The notes beneath the pieces were generated by a model, which had not been told where the DNA came from, made no database searches, and saw nothing but the letters and a program-made list of their open reading frames with translations. DNA of 64,000 bases from an uncultured Chloroflexia bacterium (GTDB lineage Bacteria > Chloroflexota > Limnocylindria > Limnocylindrales > CSP1-4): assembly GCA_963813335.1 (NCBI GenBank), contig CAWEYL010000001.1:686529-750528 (forward strand), read 5' to 3'. Below, piece by piece: positions 38,503-47,786 of the stretch; within the stretch, counting starts at the first letter, position 1, and the number at the start of each line of letters is the position of its first letter. The position numbers and the translations under genes are program-made.

Positions 38503-38509
38503 GTCCGGG

Positions 38510-38611
38510 ATGCCAGGAACGCGCCTCGCCCAGGCGGTGATGCTCCTCGTGGCGCTCGTGATGGTGCTGGGGCTGGTGCTCTCCGCCATCGCCGTCCCGC
38601 TGGCATACTGA
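38510..38611 (+). CDS. possible 33-aa single-TM peptide
   Basis: ATG 38510; MPGTRLAQAVMLLVALVMVLGLVLSAIAVPLAY. No homology argument, so weak. Confidence 0.25.
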   Translation: MPGTRLAQAVMLLVALVMVLGLVLSAIAVPLAY

Positions 38612-38741
38612 CCCGCCGCACGAAAGACGACCCGACCATGACCGAGCCCGATCCCGTCCTGCCGCTCGACGCCGAGCCGGCCGGCGATACCGCGGCGGTG
38701 GACGCCCCCACGGCAGCGCCGGCTGAGGCACCCACGCCCGG

Positions 38742-38873
38742 CCCGAGCCCGAGCCCGCGCCCGAGTCCGCGCCGGAGCCGGACGCTCCGGAGCCCGCCCC
38801 CGAGCCGGAGCCCGCGGAGTCCGCACCCGAGCCGGAGCCCGCACCCGAGCCGGAGCCCGCGCCCGAGGAACCG
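38742..38873 (+). repeat. tandem Pro/Glu-coding repeats (18-bp unit GCACCCGAGCCGGAGCCC and variants; APEPEP)
   Basis: Exact 18-bp copies at 38823-38840 and 38841-38858, with degenerate copies upstream. In the frame of the downstream TPP enzyme they read PEPEPAPESAPEPDAPEPAPEPEPAESAPEPEPAPEPEPAPEE. Confidence 0.8.
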
Positions 38874-38927
38874 GCAGGACCGCGCACGGTCGGGCGGTTC
38901 ATCGCGGACAGCCTGCGCGCGGCCGGC

Positions 38928-40535
38928 GTGCGCTACGCGTTCACCGTGCCCGGGGAGTCGTTCCTCGGGCTCCTCGACGCGTTCGCCGACGCCGGGATCC
39001 GGGTCGTCGCCACCCGCCACGAGGGCGGCGCCGCGTTCATGGCCGAGGCGCACGGGCAGCTGACCGGCCGCCCCGCCGCCAGCCTCGGGACCCGCGCGGT
39101 CGGCAGCGCGAACCTGGCGATCGGCATCCACACCGCCCGCCAGGACTCGAGTCCGATGTTCGCCCTGGTCGGCCAGGTCGAGCGCGCGTTCCAGGGCCGT
39201 GAGGCATTCCAGGAGATCGACCAGGTGGCCACCATCGGCGGCCTCGCCAAGTGGGCGGCCGAGCCGCGCCAGGCCGCCGATGTGCCGGGCGTGATGGCAC
39301 AGGCGGTCCGCGAGGCGCTGTCCGGGCGGCCCGGGCCGGTGCTCCTCTCGCTCCCCGAAGACCTGCTCGACGAGGTCGTCCTCCTCGAGCGGGCCGAGGC
39401 GGACCGTCCGGGGGTGCCCCGACCCACGCCGGAGGAGCTGCGGACCGTCATCGACCTGCTGGCCAGCTCCCGCCGTCCGGTCATCCTCGCCGGCGGCGGC
39501 GTCCTGCGGGCCCGGACCTCGACCGAGCTGCTCCGGTTCGCCGAGCTGCTCCACGTGCCGGTCATCGCCGCGTGGCGCCGCGCCGACGTGATCTCCAACG
39601 ACCACCCGCTGTACCTCGGCATGGCCGGGCTCGGGGCACCGCAGGCCGTGCGTCGGCGGCTCGACACGGCCGACGCCATCCTCGTCATCGGCTCGCGGCT
39701 CAATGAGGCGACCAGCTACGGCTACACCGTGCCCGCCGAGGGGATCCCGTGGGCGTACGTGGACATCGAGCCGGGGCACGTCGCCGGGCCGGCACCCGCG
39801 ACGGTGCGCGTGGTCTCGGATGCCCGGTCGTTCCTGAAGGCCGCCAACGAGCGGCTCCTCGCCGGCGCGGTGCTCGACGCCGAGCGGGTCGCGACCCGGG
39901 ACGCGAACAACGCGGAGGACCGCGCCGCGTGGGAAGCCGCGACGATCGTGGACGCCACGCCGTGGGACGGCCCGGGCGTCCACCCGGGCCGCGTCATCAC
40001 CACGCTCCGGCGGGTCCTCGCCGACGACGCCATCCTGACCACCGATGCCGGCAACTTCGGCGGCTGGGTGGCCCGCGGGTTCCGCTTCCGCCGGCCCGGG
40101 ACCTTCCTCGGGCCGACGTCGGGGGCGATGGGCTACGGGCTGCCGGCCGCGATCACCGCGGCGCTCGTCCATCGGGACCGCCAGGTCGTCGCGATGGTCG
40201 GCGACGGCGGACTGGCGATGACGATGGGCGAGCTCGAGACCGCGGTCCGCGAGGGCGCGCGGGTCGTCGTGGTCTGCTTCGACAACGAGCGCTACGGCAC
40301 GATCCGCATGTGGCAGGAGCGGCGCGGCACGGGCCAGGGCGTCGCCACCGAGCTCGGGCCGTTCGATTTCGCGGCAGTCGCCCGGGCGGCCGGCGCGCGT
40401 GGGGTCCGGGTCGATGCGGACGCGGAGTTCGAAGGGGCGCTGCGGACGGCGCTGGCCGCCGATCGACCGACGGTCATCCAGCTCGCGCTCGACCGTCGTT
40501 GGGTGTCGGTGGACGACCCCGCGACGCCCGAGTGA
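38928..40535 (+). CDS. thiamine pyrophosphate-dependent enzyme (acetolactate synthase large-subunit-like); true N-terminus upstream
   Basis: TVPGESFLGLLDA, RHEGGAAFMAEAHG and the TPP-binding GAMGYGLPAAI...VGDGGLAMTMGELETAV...NNERYG motif. The conserved RTVGRFIADSLRAAG is in frame upstream of GTG 38928 without a canonical start. ATG 38638 is one frame off. Confidence 0.85.
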   Translation: MRYAFTVPGESFLGLLDAFADAGIRVVATRHEGGAAFMAEAHGQLTGRPAASLGTRAVGSANLAIGIHTARQDSSPMFALVGQVERAFQGREAFQEIDQVATIGGLAKWAAEPRQAADVPGVMAQAVREALSGRPGPVLLSLPEDLLDEVVLLERAEADRPGVPRPTPEELRTVIDLLASSRRPVILAGGGVLRARTSTELLRFAELLHVPVIAAWRRADVISNDHPLYLGMAGLGAPQAVRRRLDTADAILVIGSRLNEATSYGYTVPAEGIPWAYVDIEPGHVAGPAPATVRVVSDARSFLKAANERLLAGAVLDAERVATRDANNAEDRAAWEAATIVDATPWDGPGVHPGRVITTLRRVLADDAILTTDAGNFGGWVARGFRFRRPGTFLGPTSGAMGYGLPAAITAALVHRDRQVVAMVGDGGLAMTMGELETAVREGARVVVVCFDNERYGTIRMWQERRGTGQGVATELGPFDFAAVARAAGARGVRVDADAEFEGALRTALAADRPTVIQLALDRRWVSVDDPATPE

Positions 40536-40891
40536 CCCGCCGGACGTTCCACCTTGCCCCGGTCGAGGCCTGGACGGCTGCGGTCGCCGGGTTCGCCGAC
40601 GGCCGGGGCTACGAGGCGGCATCCCTTGCGACCGAGGGATTCATCCACTGCACCGATGGCGTCGAGGCGCTCGGGGCGACCTTCGACCGCTACTACGCCG
40701 TCGATCCGCGCGCGTTCGTCGCCTTGACCGTCGACCTCGACGCGCTCGACGTCCCGTGGCGCTACGACGTCGCGGATTCGCCGTACCCGCACATCTACGG
40801 CCCGATCCCGGTCGGCGCGGTCCTGCGCGTCCAGGCCGTCGAGCGAGCCGCCGACGGGCGGTTCGACGGCCTCGGGGAGACCGTCGCCTAG
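40532..40891 (+). CDS. DUF952 domain protein
   Basis: FHLAPVEAW......Y...SLATEGFIHCT.........RYY........LTVD...L..PWRYD.....YPHIYGPI. GTGA overlap with the upstream gene. Confidence 0.7.
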   Translation: MTRRTFHLAPVEAWTAAVAGFADGRGYEAASLATEGFIHCTDGVEALGATFDRYYAVDPRAFVALTVDLDALDVPWRYDVADSPYPHIYGPIPVGAVLRVQAVERAADGRFDGLGETVA

Positions 40892-40902
40892 CGACGACGC
40901 CG

Positions 40903-41196
40903 TCAGCGGCTGACGGGCAGGTCCGTCTTCTCGCGCAGGTGGAACGACACCCCGTACACCTGGCCGGTCTCGGGATCGACGCGCGGGGCCGCGGTCATCC
41001 GCCACGCCTCGTCGTCGCGGTCGATCCAGCGCGCCAGCGGCTTGCCGCCGACGAAGACCGCGTCCAGCAGCTCGAACGCCGCCGCCGGGAGGCCCAGGAT
41101 GCCCTCGCGGGCCGGCAGGCCGACGGAGACGTCCCCGAACGCCGCGCGCAGCGCCGGGTTGCCGTACACCACCATGTGACCAGCGCCGACGCACAT
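40903..41196 (-). CDS. small PAS-like domain protein
   Basis: VVYGNPALRAAFG...GLPAREG......FELLDAVFVGGKPLA......EAWRMTAAPRVDPETGQVYGVSFHL has a PAS-like pattern. The start is uncertain (ATG 41196 or 41175). Confidence 0.4.
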   Translation of the reverse strand: MCVGAGHMVVYGNPALRAAFGDVSVGLPAREGILGLPAAAFELLDAVFVGGKPLARWIDRDDEAWRMTAAPRVDPETGQVYGVSFHLREKTDLPVSR

Positions 41197-41240
41197 GCCG
41201 GCCGGTCGCTGCGGCTCGGACGCGCCGCGGCGGGCCCCCG

Positions 41241-42104
41241 TCACCGCTCGCCCCTGGTCGCGACGACCGAGAACGAGAGGGGGATGCGGCCGCGATCCTC
41301 GTCGCGGACGTCGCCGTGGCCGCCCCACCAGTCGACGGGATGCTCGGCGACCGCCTCCAGGCGCAGTCCGGCACGCAGCATCGCCGTGATGACCTCGCCG
41401 AGCGTCCAGGCCCGGGCGAACTTCCAGCTCTGGTCGTCATCGTCGATCGAGAGGTGGTCGATGTAGCCGGGTGCCCAGCCCTTGGACGCCTCGGGCCCGG
41501 CGAAGTAGTCGTAGTCGGTGGCGATCCAGCGCCCCTCGTCGTCGACGTCGAACAGCCACTCGGCCGGGTGTCCCTCGAACAGCACGAGACGGCCCGCCGG
41601 GGCGAGCAGCCGGACCAGCACCGCCGCCCACGCGTCGAGGTCCTGGAGCCAGATCAGCGAGCCACGCCCCGTGTAGAGCAGGTCGGCCGTGCCGTCCAGC
41701 TCGTGCGGGGTGTGCAGGACGTCCGCCTCGAGCCAGCGCGCCGGCGCGCCGACCGCGCTCGACAGCCGCGTCGCGAGCTCGAGCATCCTGGGGCTGATGT
41801 CGACGCCGACGACCTCCTCGGCACCGAGGTTCCAGAGCGAGAGGCTGTCGCGCCCGCCGGCGCACTGGAGGTGGATCGCCCGGCGGCAGCGGCCGTGCAG
41901 GTCGCCGATGAGCTCCTCCTCGACCGGGAACAGGTTCGAGCCGCCCGAGCGGATCAGCTCGATCGCCTCGGGCAGCCAGCCCTCGTAGCGTTCGGCTGCC
42001 TCGTCCCACGCCGCGCGGTTGGCGGCGTGCATCAGCGCGACATCGGCCCGCTCCTCGGGCGTCGCTGGACGGACATGGTCGTGCTCGCGGTCGTCGGCGG
42101 TCAT
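41241..42104 (-). CDS. class I SAM-dependent methyltransferase
   Basis: Motif I region AIHLQCAGGRDSLSLWNLGAEEVVGVDISPRMLELA. 287 aa. Confidence 0.75.
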   Translation of the reverse strand: MTADDREHDHVRPATPEERADVALMHAANRAAWDEAAERYEGWLPEAIELIRSGGSNLFPVEEELIGDLHGRCRRAIHLQCAGGRDSLSLWNLGAEEVVGVDISPRMLELATRLSSAVGAPARWLEADVLHTPHELDGTADLLYTGRGSLIWLQDLDAWAAVLVRLLAPAGRLVLFEGHPAEWLFDVDDEGRWIATDYDYFAGPEASKGWAPGYIDHLSIDDDDQSWKFARAWTLGEVITAMLRAGLRLEAVAEHPVDWWGGHGDVRDEDRGRIPLSFSVVATRGER

Positions 42105-42157
42105 GCCCCGGCATCCTAGCCGGTCGGCGCGGGGTGCCGGATGCTATCGTCGAGGCG

Positions 42158-43390
42158 ATGGCCATCGAGATCCGCCGGGTCCGCCCGGACGAGCTGGGCG
42201 AGAGCGTCGAGGCGCTGACGGCGGCCTTCCTCGAGCGCCCGCGCATCGACGACGTCGTCGCGGAGCTGAGCCCCCACTGGGACCTCGACCGCGTCTGGAT
42301 CGCCCGCGACGAGACGCGCGTGTGCGGCACGTTCCGCTCCTGGGCGACCGAGATCACCGTCCCCGGCGGTGCGCGCCTGCCGGCGGCGGCCGTCTCCGGC
42401 GTGACGGTGCTCCCGACCCACCGACGACGCGGGATCCTGCGCTCGATGGTGGCCGCGGAGCACGCTGCGATCCGCGAGCGCGGCGAGGTGATGGGCTTGC
42501 TCCACGCGGCCGAGTACCCCATCTACGGCCGCTTCGGCTACGGCCCCGGCACGCTCGAGGCGACGTGGACGCTCGACACGCGGACCGCGACGGTCGTCCG
42601 CCCGGCGACGGGGCGGGTGGCGTACGTGAAGCCCGGGCCGGAGAGCCTGGCGGCGATCCGCGACGTCTACGAGCGATACCGCGAGGGGCAGCCCGGCGAG
42701 ATCCGCCGGCTCGACTACCGCTGGGAGGGCGAGCTCGGGCTGACGCCGGCCGTCTGGGGACCGACGTGGAACGGGTTCCTGGTCCTCCATCACGACGAGG
42801 CCGACGCGGTCGACGGCTACGCCCGGTTCACCCGGAGCGAGGACCGCTGGGACGGGAACCGTCCGAACAACGTCCTCACCCTCGACGAGCTGCACGCGCT
42901 CACGACCGACGCCTACGCCACGCTCTGGCGGTTCCTCGCCGAGATGGACTGGGTCGGCAGCGTGAAGGCGCCGCGCCGGGCGCGTGAGGAGCGGCTGCCA
43001 TGGCTGCTGGGGGACGCGCGCGACGCCCAGCTGACCGACCTGACCGACGGGATGTGGGTGCGCCTCTTCGACGTCGCGGCGGCGCTCGGTGCGCGGACGT
43101 ATGCGCATGAAGGACGCCTGGTCATCGAGGTCGTCGACGCGGAGCGTGCGGCGGGGCGCTACCGCGTCCGCCTGGATGCCGGCCCGGACGGCGCCACCTG
43201 CGTCGAGACGACCGAGGCAGCCGACCTGACCGTCCCGATCGAGGCGCTCGGGGCCGCGTACCTCGGCGGCGCGAGCCTTCGCAGCGCGGTCCTCGCCGGC
43301 GGCGCCGACGAGCACCGCTCGGGCGCGCTCGCGTCGCTCGATCGTCTCCTGCGCACGCTCGACGAACCGTGGAGCTCGACCTTCTTCTAG
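42158..43390 (+). CDS. Eis-like GNAT N-acetyltransferase with SCP2-like C-terminal domain (UPF0256)
   Basis: GVTVLPTHRRRGILRSMV acetyl-CoA motif, a second degenerate GNAT, and a C-terminal sterol-carrier-like region ending ...DEPWSSTFF (the terminal Phe carboxylate is typical of Eis). Confidence 0.75.
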   Translation: MAIEIRRVRPDELGESVEALTAAFLERPRIDDVVAELSPHWDLDRVWIARDETRVCGTFRSWATEITVPGGARLPAAAVSGVTVLPTHRRRGILRSMVAAEHAAIRERGEVMGLLHAAEYPIYGRFGYGPGTLEATWTLDTRTATVVRPATGRVAYVKPGPESLAAIRDVYERYREGQPGEIRRLDYRWEGELGLTPAVWGPTWNGFLVLHHDEADAVDGYARFTRSEDRWDGNRPNNVLTLDELHALTTDAYATLWRFLAEMDWVGSVKAPRRAREERLPWLLGDARDAQLTDLTDGMWVRLFDVAAALGARTYAHEGRLVIEVVDAERAAGRYRVRLDAGPDGATCVETTEAADLTVPIEALGAAYLGGASLRSAVLAGGADEHRSGALASLDRLLRTLDEPWSSTFF

Positions 43391-43402
43391 GAGCCGCGGT
43401 TC

Positions 43403-43876
43403 ATGCCACGTTCCGACCGGACCGCGCGCGATGATGGCCGCATGGACACGATCCCACCTGAGGCGCTGCTCGCCTTCTATCCGGCCCCGATCCGCTTGGT
43501 CGCCGAGACGCTGCGCACGGTCGTCCGCCGCGCCCTGCCCGATTCCATCGAGGCGGTCCGGCCCGGTTGGCGGCTGATCGGATACGACATCCCGTCCGGG
43601 CGCAAGACCGCGTTCTGCGCGTTCGTGTGGGCGGAGCAGGAGCACGTCCACCTCGGCTTCCAGTACGGCGTCTTCATGCACGACCCGGACCGCGACCTCG
43701 AAGGGGAGGGCATCACCCAGCGTGCCCGCTGGCTCACCTTCGAGCCCGGCGACCCGATCGACGAGCTGCGGATCGCGACCCTGGTCCGCGAGGCGGCCCG
43801 CATCACGCGCCTGTCCCGCGAGCAGCGATTCGCGGCACTCCTCGACCAGCCGGACCCGATAGCATCGGGCGGGTGA
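43403..43876 (+). CDS. DUF1801 (YdhG-like) domain protein
   Basis: ~150 aa; LRTVVRRALPDSIEAVRPGW..IGY......FCAF......HVHLGF pattern. Confidence 0.55.
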   Translation: MPRSDRTARDDGRMDTIPPEALLAFYPAPIRLVAETLRTVVRRALPDSIEAVRPGWRLIGYDIPSGRKTAFCAFVWAEQEHVHLGFQYGVFMHDPDRDLEGEGITQRARWLTFEPGDPIDELRIATLVREAARITRLSREQRFAALLDQPDPIASGG

Positions 43877-45078
43877 CCGACTCACCTCGTCGATGGCCGC
43901 CCGCGGCCGGTTTCCTCGGTGCCGCGTCGTACCTGCTCATCGGCTGGAGCGGCCTGCTGATCCCGTCGCTGATCCGCTCGGTGAAGGAGGGCTTCGACCA
44001 GTCCGACGCGGGGATCGGCCTCTTCTACTTCGTCTACGCCCTGGTCTACGCCGCGGGCGCGCTCGGCGGCGGGCTGCTCACCGAGCGCGTCGGACGGCGG
44101 ACCGTGCTGTCGCTCGGAGCCGTCCTCCACGGGGTCGGGCTGATCGCGCTGGGCGTCGCTCCGTCTTGGGCCGTCTTCCTGCTGGCTGCGCTGCCCGCGG
44201 GCCTCGGGGTCGGCGTGCTCGACGGCGGCGGCAATGGCCTGTTCCTCGACCTGTTCAGGACCGAGCGCGGCCGCGCCCTGAACCTCCTCCACCTGTGCTT
44301 CAGCCTCGGGGCCCTGACGGCACCCCTCGTGGTCGGCAGACTCATCGAGGGCGGCGCGGCGTGGCAGGCCATCCTCGTCGGGACTGGCGTGGCGGCGATC
44401 GCCGTGGGGGTCTTGTTCGCGATCGTGTCGATGCCGTCCGGGCGCCGCAGCGCGGGAGCGGGAGCCACGGCTGTCGACGCGGATGGCGCCCCGCTGGCAC
44501 AGGGGCGCCGCCGCGTGCCGACGCCGCTGCTCCTGCTCGGGGTCGCGATCGCCTGCTACGTGGCCTCGGAGGTCGGCGTCTCCAACTGGCTGGTCCGGTT
44601 CCTCGAGCCAGCGCCGCTGACGCAGGCTACGACGGCGCTCGCGCTCTTCTGGGGCGGGCTCGCGCTCGGACGGCTGACCGCGGCGCGCTTGGCCGACCGC
44701 TACGACCACACCCGGTTCGCGATCGCCTCGGCCGCCGCGACCGGGGTCGTGCTCATCGGCGCGATCCTCATCCCGTCGCTGTCGGTCTCGATCGCCCTCT
44801 TCGCGCTCGCCGGGTTCGTGACCGGGCCGGTGTTCCCGATGATCATCGTCATCGGCGGCGACCGCTACCCGCAGCGCTCGTCGGCCGTGTCCGGCTTCCT
44901 CGGCGGGTCCGCGGTGGTGGGCTCGATCGTCTACCCCCCGGTCATGGGCTTCCTGTCGGTGGCCGTGGGCCTCACAGCGGCGATGCTCGGCACCGTCGTC
45001 CTCGCGTTCGCCTGCGCCGGCGCCCTGCTGCTGGTGAGCCGGCAACCGGCCGACGAGCCGGTACCCGCGGGCGGGTAG
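43873..45078 (+). CDS. MFS transporter
   Basis: 12 hydrophobic segments with the MFS loop motif GGLLTERVGRRTVL. GTGA overlap with the upstream gene. Confidence 0.8.
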   Translation: MTDSPRRWPPAAGFLGAASYLLIGWSGLLIPSLIRSVKEGFDQSDAGIGLFYFVYALVYAAGALGGGLLTERVGRRTVLSLGAVLHGVGLIALGVAPSWAVFLLAALPAGLGVGVLDGGGNGLFLDLFRTERGRALNLLHLCFSLGALTAPLVVGRLIEGGAAWQAILVGTGVAAIAVGVLFAIVSMPSGRRSAGAGATAVDADGAPLAQGRRRVPTPLLLLGVAIACYVASEVGVSNWLVRFLEPAPLTQATTALALFWGGLALGRLTAARLADRYDHTRFAIASAAATGVVLIGAILIPSLSVSIALFALAGFVTGPVFPMIIVIGGDRYPQRSSAVSGFLGGSAVVGSIVYPPVMGFLSVAVGLTAAMLGTVVLAFACAGALLLVSRQPADEPVPAGG

Positions 45079-45088
45079 ACTCGGCGCG

Positions 45089-45538
45089 ATGCGGTTTCGA
45101 ACGACGATCCTGGGCACCGGCAAGAACGCCGCCGGCATCGAGATCCCGGACGAGGTCGTCGTCGCGCTCGGCAAGGGCAAGCGGCCCCCGGTCCGGATCA
45201 CCATCAACGGCTACAGCTACCGCAACACGGTCGCGGTGATGGGCGGCGTCTTCATGGTCGGCGTGAGCGCCGAGCATCGCGCCGCAGCAGGCCTGGCCGC
45301 CGGCGACGAGGTCGACGTGGACATCGAGCTCGACACCGCGCCCCGCGAGCTCGCCGTGCCCGAGGACTTCGCCATGGCGCTCGACGCGGACCCCGAGGCC
45401 AGGCGCACCTTCGATGCCTTGTCATACAGCAATCGCTCCTGGCACGTCCTCTCGATCGAGGGTGCCAAGACCGCGGAGACCCGCCAGCGGCGGATCGAGA
45501 AGTCCATCGCCACCCTGCACGAGGGACGACCCCGATGA
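45089..45538 (+). CDS. DUF1905 / YdeI-like domain protein
   Basis: N-terminal DUF1905-like barrel (IEIPDEVVVALGKGKRPPVRITINGYSYRNTVAVMGG) plus a YdeI/OmpD-associated tail (F.ALSYSNRSWHVLSIEGAKT.ETRQRRIEKSI). Confidence 0.65.
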   Translation: MRFRTTILGTGKNAAGIEIPDEVVVALGKGKRPPVRITINGYSYRNTVAVMGGVFMVGVSAEHRAAAGLAAGDEVDVDIELDTAPRELAVPEDFAMALDADPEARRTFDALSYSNRSWHVLSIEGAKTAETRQRRIEKSIATLHEGRPR

Positions 45539-46896
45539 TCACGACCGATGAGGCCCGGGCCGCCTTCCCGGGTGGCTGGATCCTGCCCGGCGACGCCGAC
45601 TACGACGAGGCGCGCTCCACCTTCAACGGCACGATCGACCGGCGCCCGGCGGTCGTGATCCGCCCGACCACCACCGAGGAGGTGTCCGCGGCGGTCCGCT
45701 GGGCCCGGAGCGAGGAGCTTGCCATCGCGATACGCGGCGGCGGCCACAACGTCGCGGGTCACGCCACCGCGGACGACGCGGCCGTGATCGACCTGCGCCA
45801 CATGCGGGAGGTCGTCGTGGACCCGGAGCGCCGTCGCGCGCGGGTGGGCGGGGGCGCGATCTGGAACGACGTGGACGCGGCCACGGTGCCCCACGGGCTC
45901 GCGATGACCGGCGGCACCTTCGGCGACACCGGTGTCGGAGGGCTGGCCCTTAACGGCGGCCTGGGGTTCCTGATGGGCACGAACGGGTTCACCTGCGACC
46001 ACCTGATGCGCGCCGAGGTGGTGACGGCCGATGGATCGATCGTCATCGCCGGCGAGGGTGGCGATCCGGACCTGCTCTGGGCGCTCCGTGGCGGTGGCGG
46101 CAACTTCGGGATCGTGACGACGTTCGAGTTCGCCCTGCATCCCGTCGGCCTGCTCCACTCCGGGTACCTGACCTATCCGATCGAGGCGGCACGCGACGTC
46201 CTGGAAGGCGTGGCCGCGCTGGCCGCGGTGATGCCGCGCGAGATGGTCCTGTTCGTGACGGGCCCGCACCTGCCGGACGACGACCCCACGCCCGGCGGTC
46301 CGCTGACCATGAGCGTCACGGTCGTCTTCCAGGGATCGGCGGAGGACGGCGACGCGCTGTGCGCGCCGTTGCGCGCCATCGGACCCGTCGAGGACGACAT
46401 CGGCCCGAAGAGCTATCTCGACGTCCAGGCCGCCAGCGGCCAGCTGCCGTTCGGCCTGCGGCACTACTGGAAGGGCCACTTCGTCCGCGGGCTGGACGCC
46501 GAGGTGATCGATGCGACGCTCGACGCGATGGCGTCGCGGCCGGGCGTGGTCTCCTTCGTGCTCATCGAGGCCATCAGCGGCCGGGCACACGACGAGCCGC
46601 CAGGTGGCGCGGCGTTCGGCCAGCGCGCGGCGGGCTGGAACATCAGCGGGATCGCGATCTGGGAGGACCCGGCCGAGGACGCCGAGCAGATCGCCTGGAC
46701 GCGGCGCTACGCGGACGCCCTGCTGCCGGCGTCGTTCAGCGGGGCGGGCTACGCGAACTACGCCCCCGTGGACGAGACACCCGACCGGGTGCGCGCGGCC
46801 TTCGGTGACGAGCGCTACCGCCGGCTCGAGGCGATCAAGCGCCGCTACGACCCGGACAACGTCTTCCGCTACAACCTGAACATCAAGCCGGGCTAG
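45535..46896 (+). CDS. FAD-binding oxidoreductase (FAD_binding_4 + BBE-like C-terminus)
   Basis: P.VVIRP....EV.AAVRWA......IAIRGGGHNVAGHA, and the C-terminal YANY...RL..IKRRYDPDNVFRYNLNI. Confidence 0.82.
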   Translation: MITTDEARAAFPGGWILPGDADYDEARSTFNGTIDRRPAVVIRPTTTEEVSAAVRWARSEELAIAIRGGGHNVAGHATADDAAVIDLRHMREVVVDPERRRARVGGGAIWNDVDAATVPHGLAMTGGTFGDTGVGGLALNGGLGFLMGTNGFTCDHLMRAEVVTADGSIVIAGEGGDPDLLWALRGGGGNFGIVTTFEFALHPVGLLHSGYLTYPIEAARDVLEGVAALAAVMPREMVLFVTGPHLPDDDPTPGGPLTMSVTVVFQGSAEDGDALCAPLRAIGPVEDDIGPKSYLDVQAASGQLPFGLRHYWKGHFVRGLDAEVIDATLDAMASRPGVVSFVLIEAISGRAHDEPPGGAAFGQRAAGWNISGIAIWEDPAEDAEQIAWTRRYADALLPASFSGAGYANYAPVDETPDRVRAAFGDERYRRLEAIKRRYDPDNVFRYNLNIKPG

Positions 46897-47324
46897 CCGG
46901 CGTCCGGGGTCCTCGTCTCCGGCTTCCTCGCGTCGGTCCCCGGGATGCCGCGCTCGGTCAGGGCCGCGCCGAGGCCCTCGAGGTCGTCGACGGTGACGTA
47001 CAGCGCCGGGATCCGGAAGGGTCCGAAATGGACCTGCTCCCGGAAGTCCAGTCGCACGCCGCCATGCGGCGATCCGCCGAAGGTCACGTCGCCGTGGCGG
47101 ATGCTGCGGCGCACGCCGATGGCCGTGACCCACCGCCACGGACCCTCGATCCGCCACGAGGAGATGTTGGTGATCGAGGTCCGGATGGACGAGGCGCCGA
47201 ACCGCGCGTCCAGCACGCCGCCGTCGATGTCGACATAGGCCGTCTCCGGGCCGGTGACCCCGAACAGCCGCAGGAGCGGCTTCGAGCGGGCGCCGAGCCG
47301 GATCGGGAACGTCTGAGGGGTCAC
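46893..47324 (-). CDS. hypothetical protein
   Basis: 143-aa ORF with coding-like composition, convergent with the FAD oxidoreductase. No recognisable motif. Confidence 0.4.
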   Translation of the reverse strand: MTPQTFPIRLGARSKPLLRLFGVTGPETAYVDIDGGVLDARFGASSIRTSITNISSWRIEGPWRWVTAIGVRRSIRHGDVTFGGSPHGGVRLDFREQVHFGPFRIPALYVTVDDLEGLGAALTERGIPGTDARKPETRTPDAG

Positions 47325-47382
47325 CCGCGGAGCCTAGCGCGGCCGGCTTGGCGGCGTCGGGGAGGTACGATGGCCCGACCCC

Positions 47383-47772
47383 ATGTTCGAGCAGCTGGAC
47401 TACGTGTACATGCCGAGCCGCGACGTCGCTGCCGACGTCGCCTGGTTCACCGAGGTCCTGGGCGGGCGGCTGGTCTTCGCGATCGACGGGATGGGGACCC
47501 GGGTCGCGATGCTCGAGCTCAGCGATGGCCCGCCGCAGCTCTTGCTGGCCGGCCATCTCGAGGGCGACGTGCCGGTCCTCGTCTATCGCGTGGGCGACCT
47601 CGATGCCGCCGCCCGCGACCTCGCCTCGCGCGGCTGGGCAGAGGATCACGCCCTCGAGATCCCGCAGGGACCCGTGCGCGCGTTCGTCGGGCCCGGCGGC
47701 CATCGCCTCGCGATCTACCAGCTCACCCGGCCGGGCGTCGTCGAGACGTTCGCCGGGCGCCGCGACTTCTGA
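47383..47772 (+). CDS. VOC (glyoxalase/bleomycin-resistance) family protein
   Basis: 129 aa; LDYVYMPSRDVAADVAWFTEVLGG......G.RVAML.........H..IYQL has the VOC beta-alpha-beta pattern. Confidence 0.65.
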   Translation: MFEQLDYVYMPSRDVAADVAWFTEVLGGRLVFAIDGMGTRVAMLELSDGPPQLLLAGHLEGDVPVLVYRVGDLDAAARDLASRGWAEDHALEIPQGPVRAFVGPGGHRLAIYQLTRPGVVETFAGRRDF

Positions 47773-47786
47773 GCACGGACCGCCCT

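Noticed and set aside
38742-38873. Short tandem repeats as a possible CRISPR array or PE/PPE-type gene.
   Set aside because: The 18-bp units are contiguous with no spacers, so it is not a CRISPR array. They encode a Pro/Glu linker in frame with a TPP enzyme and show no PE/PPE N-terminal domain.
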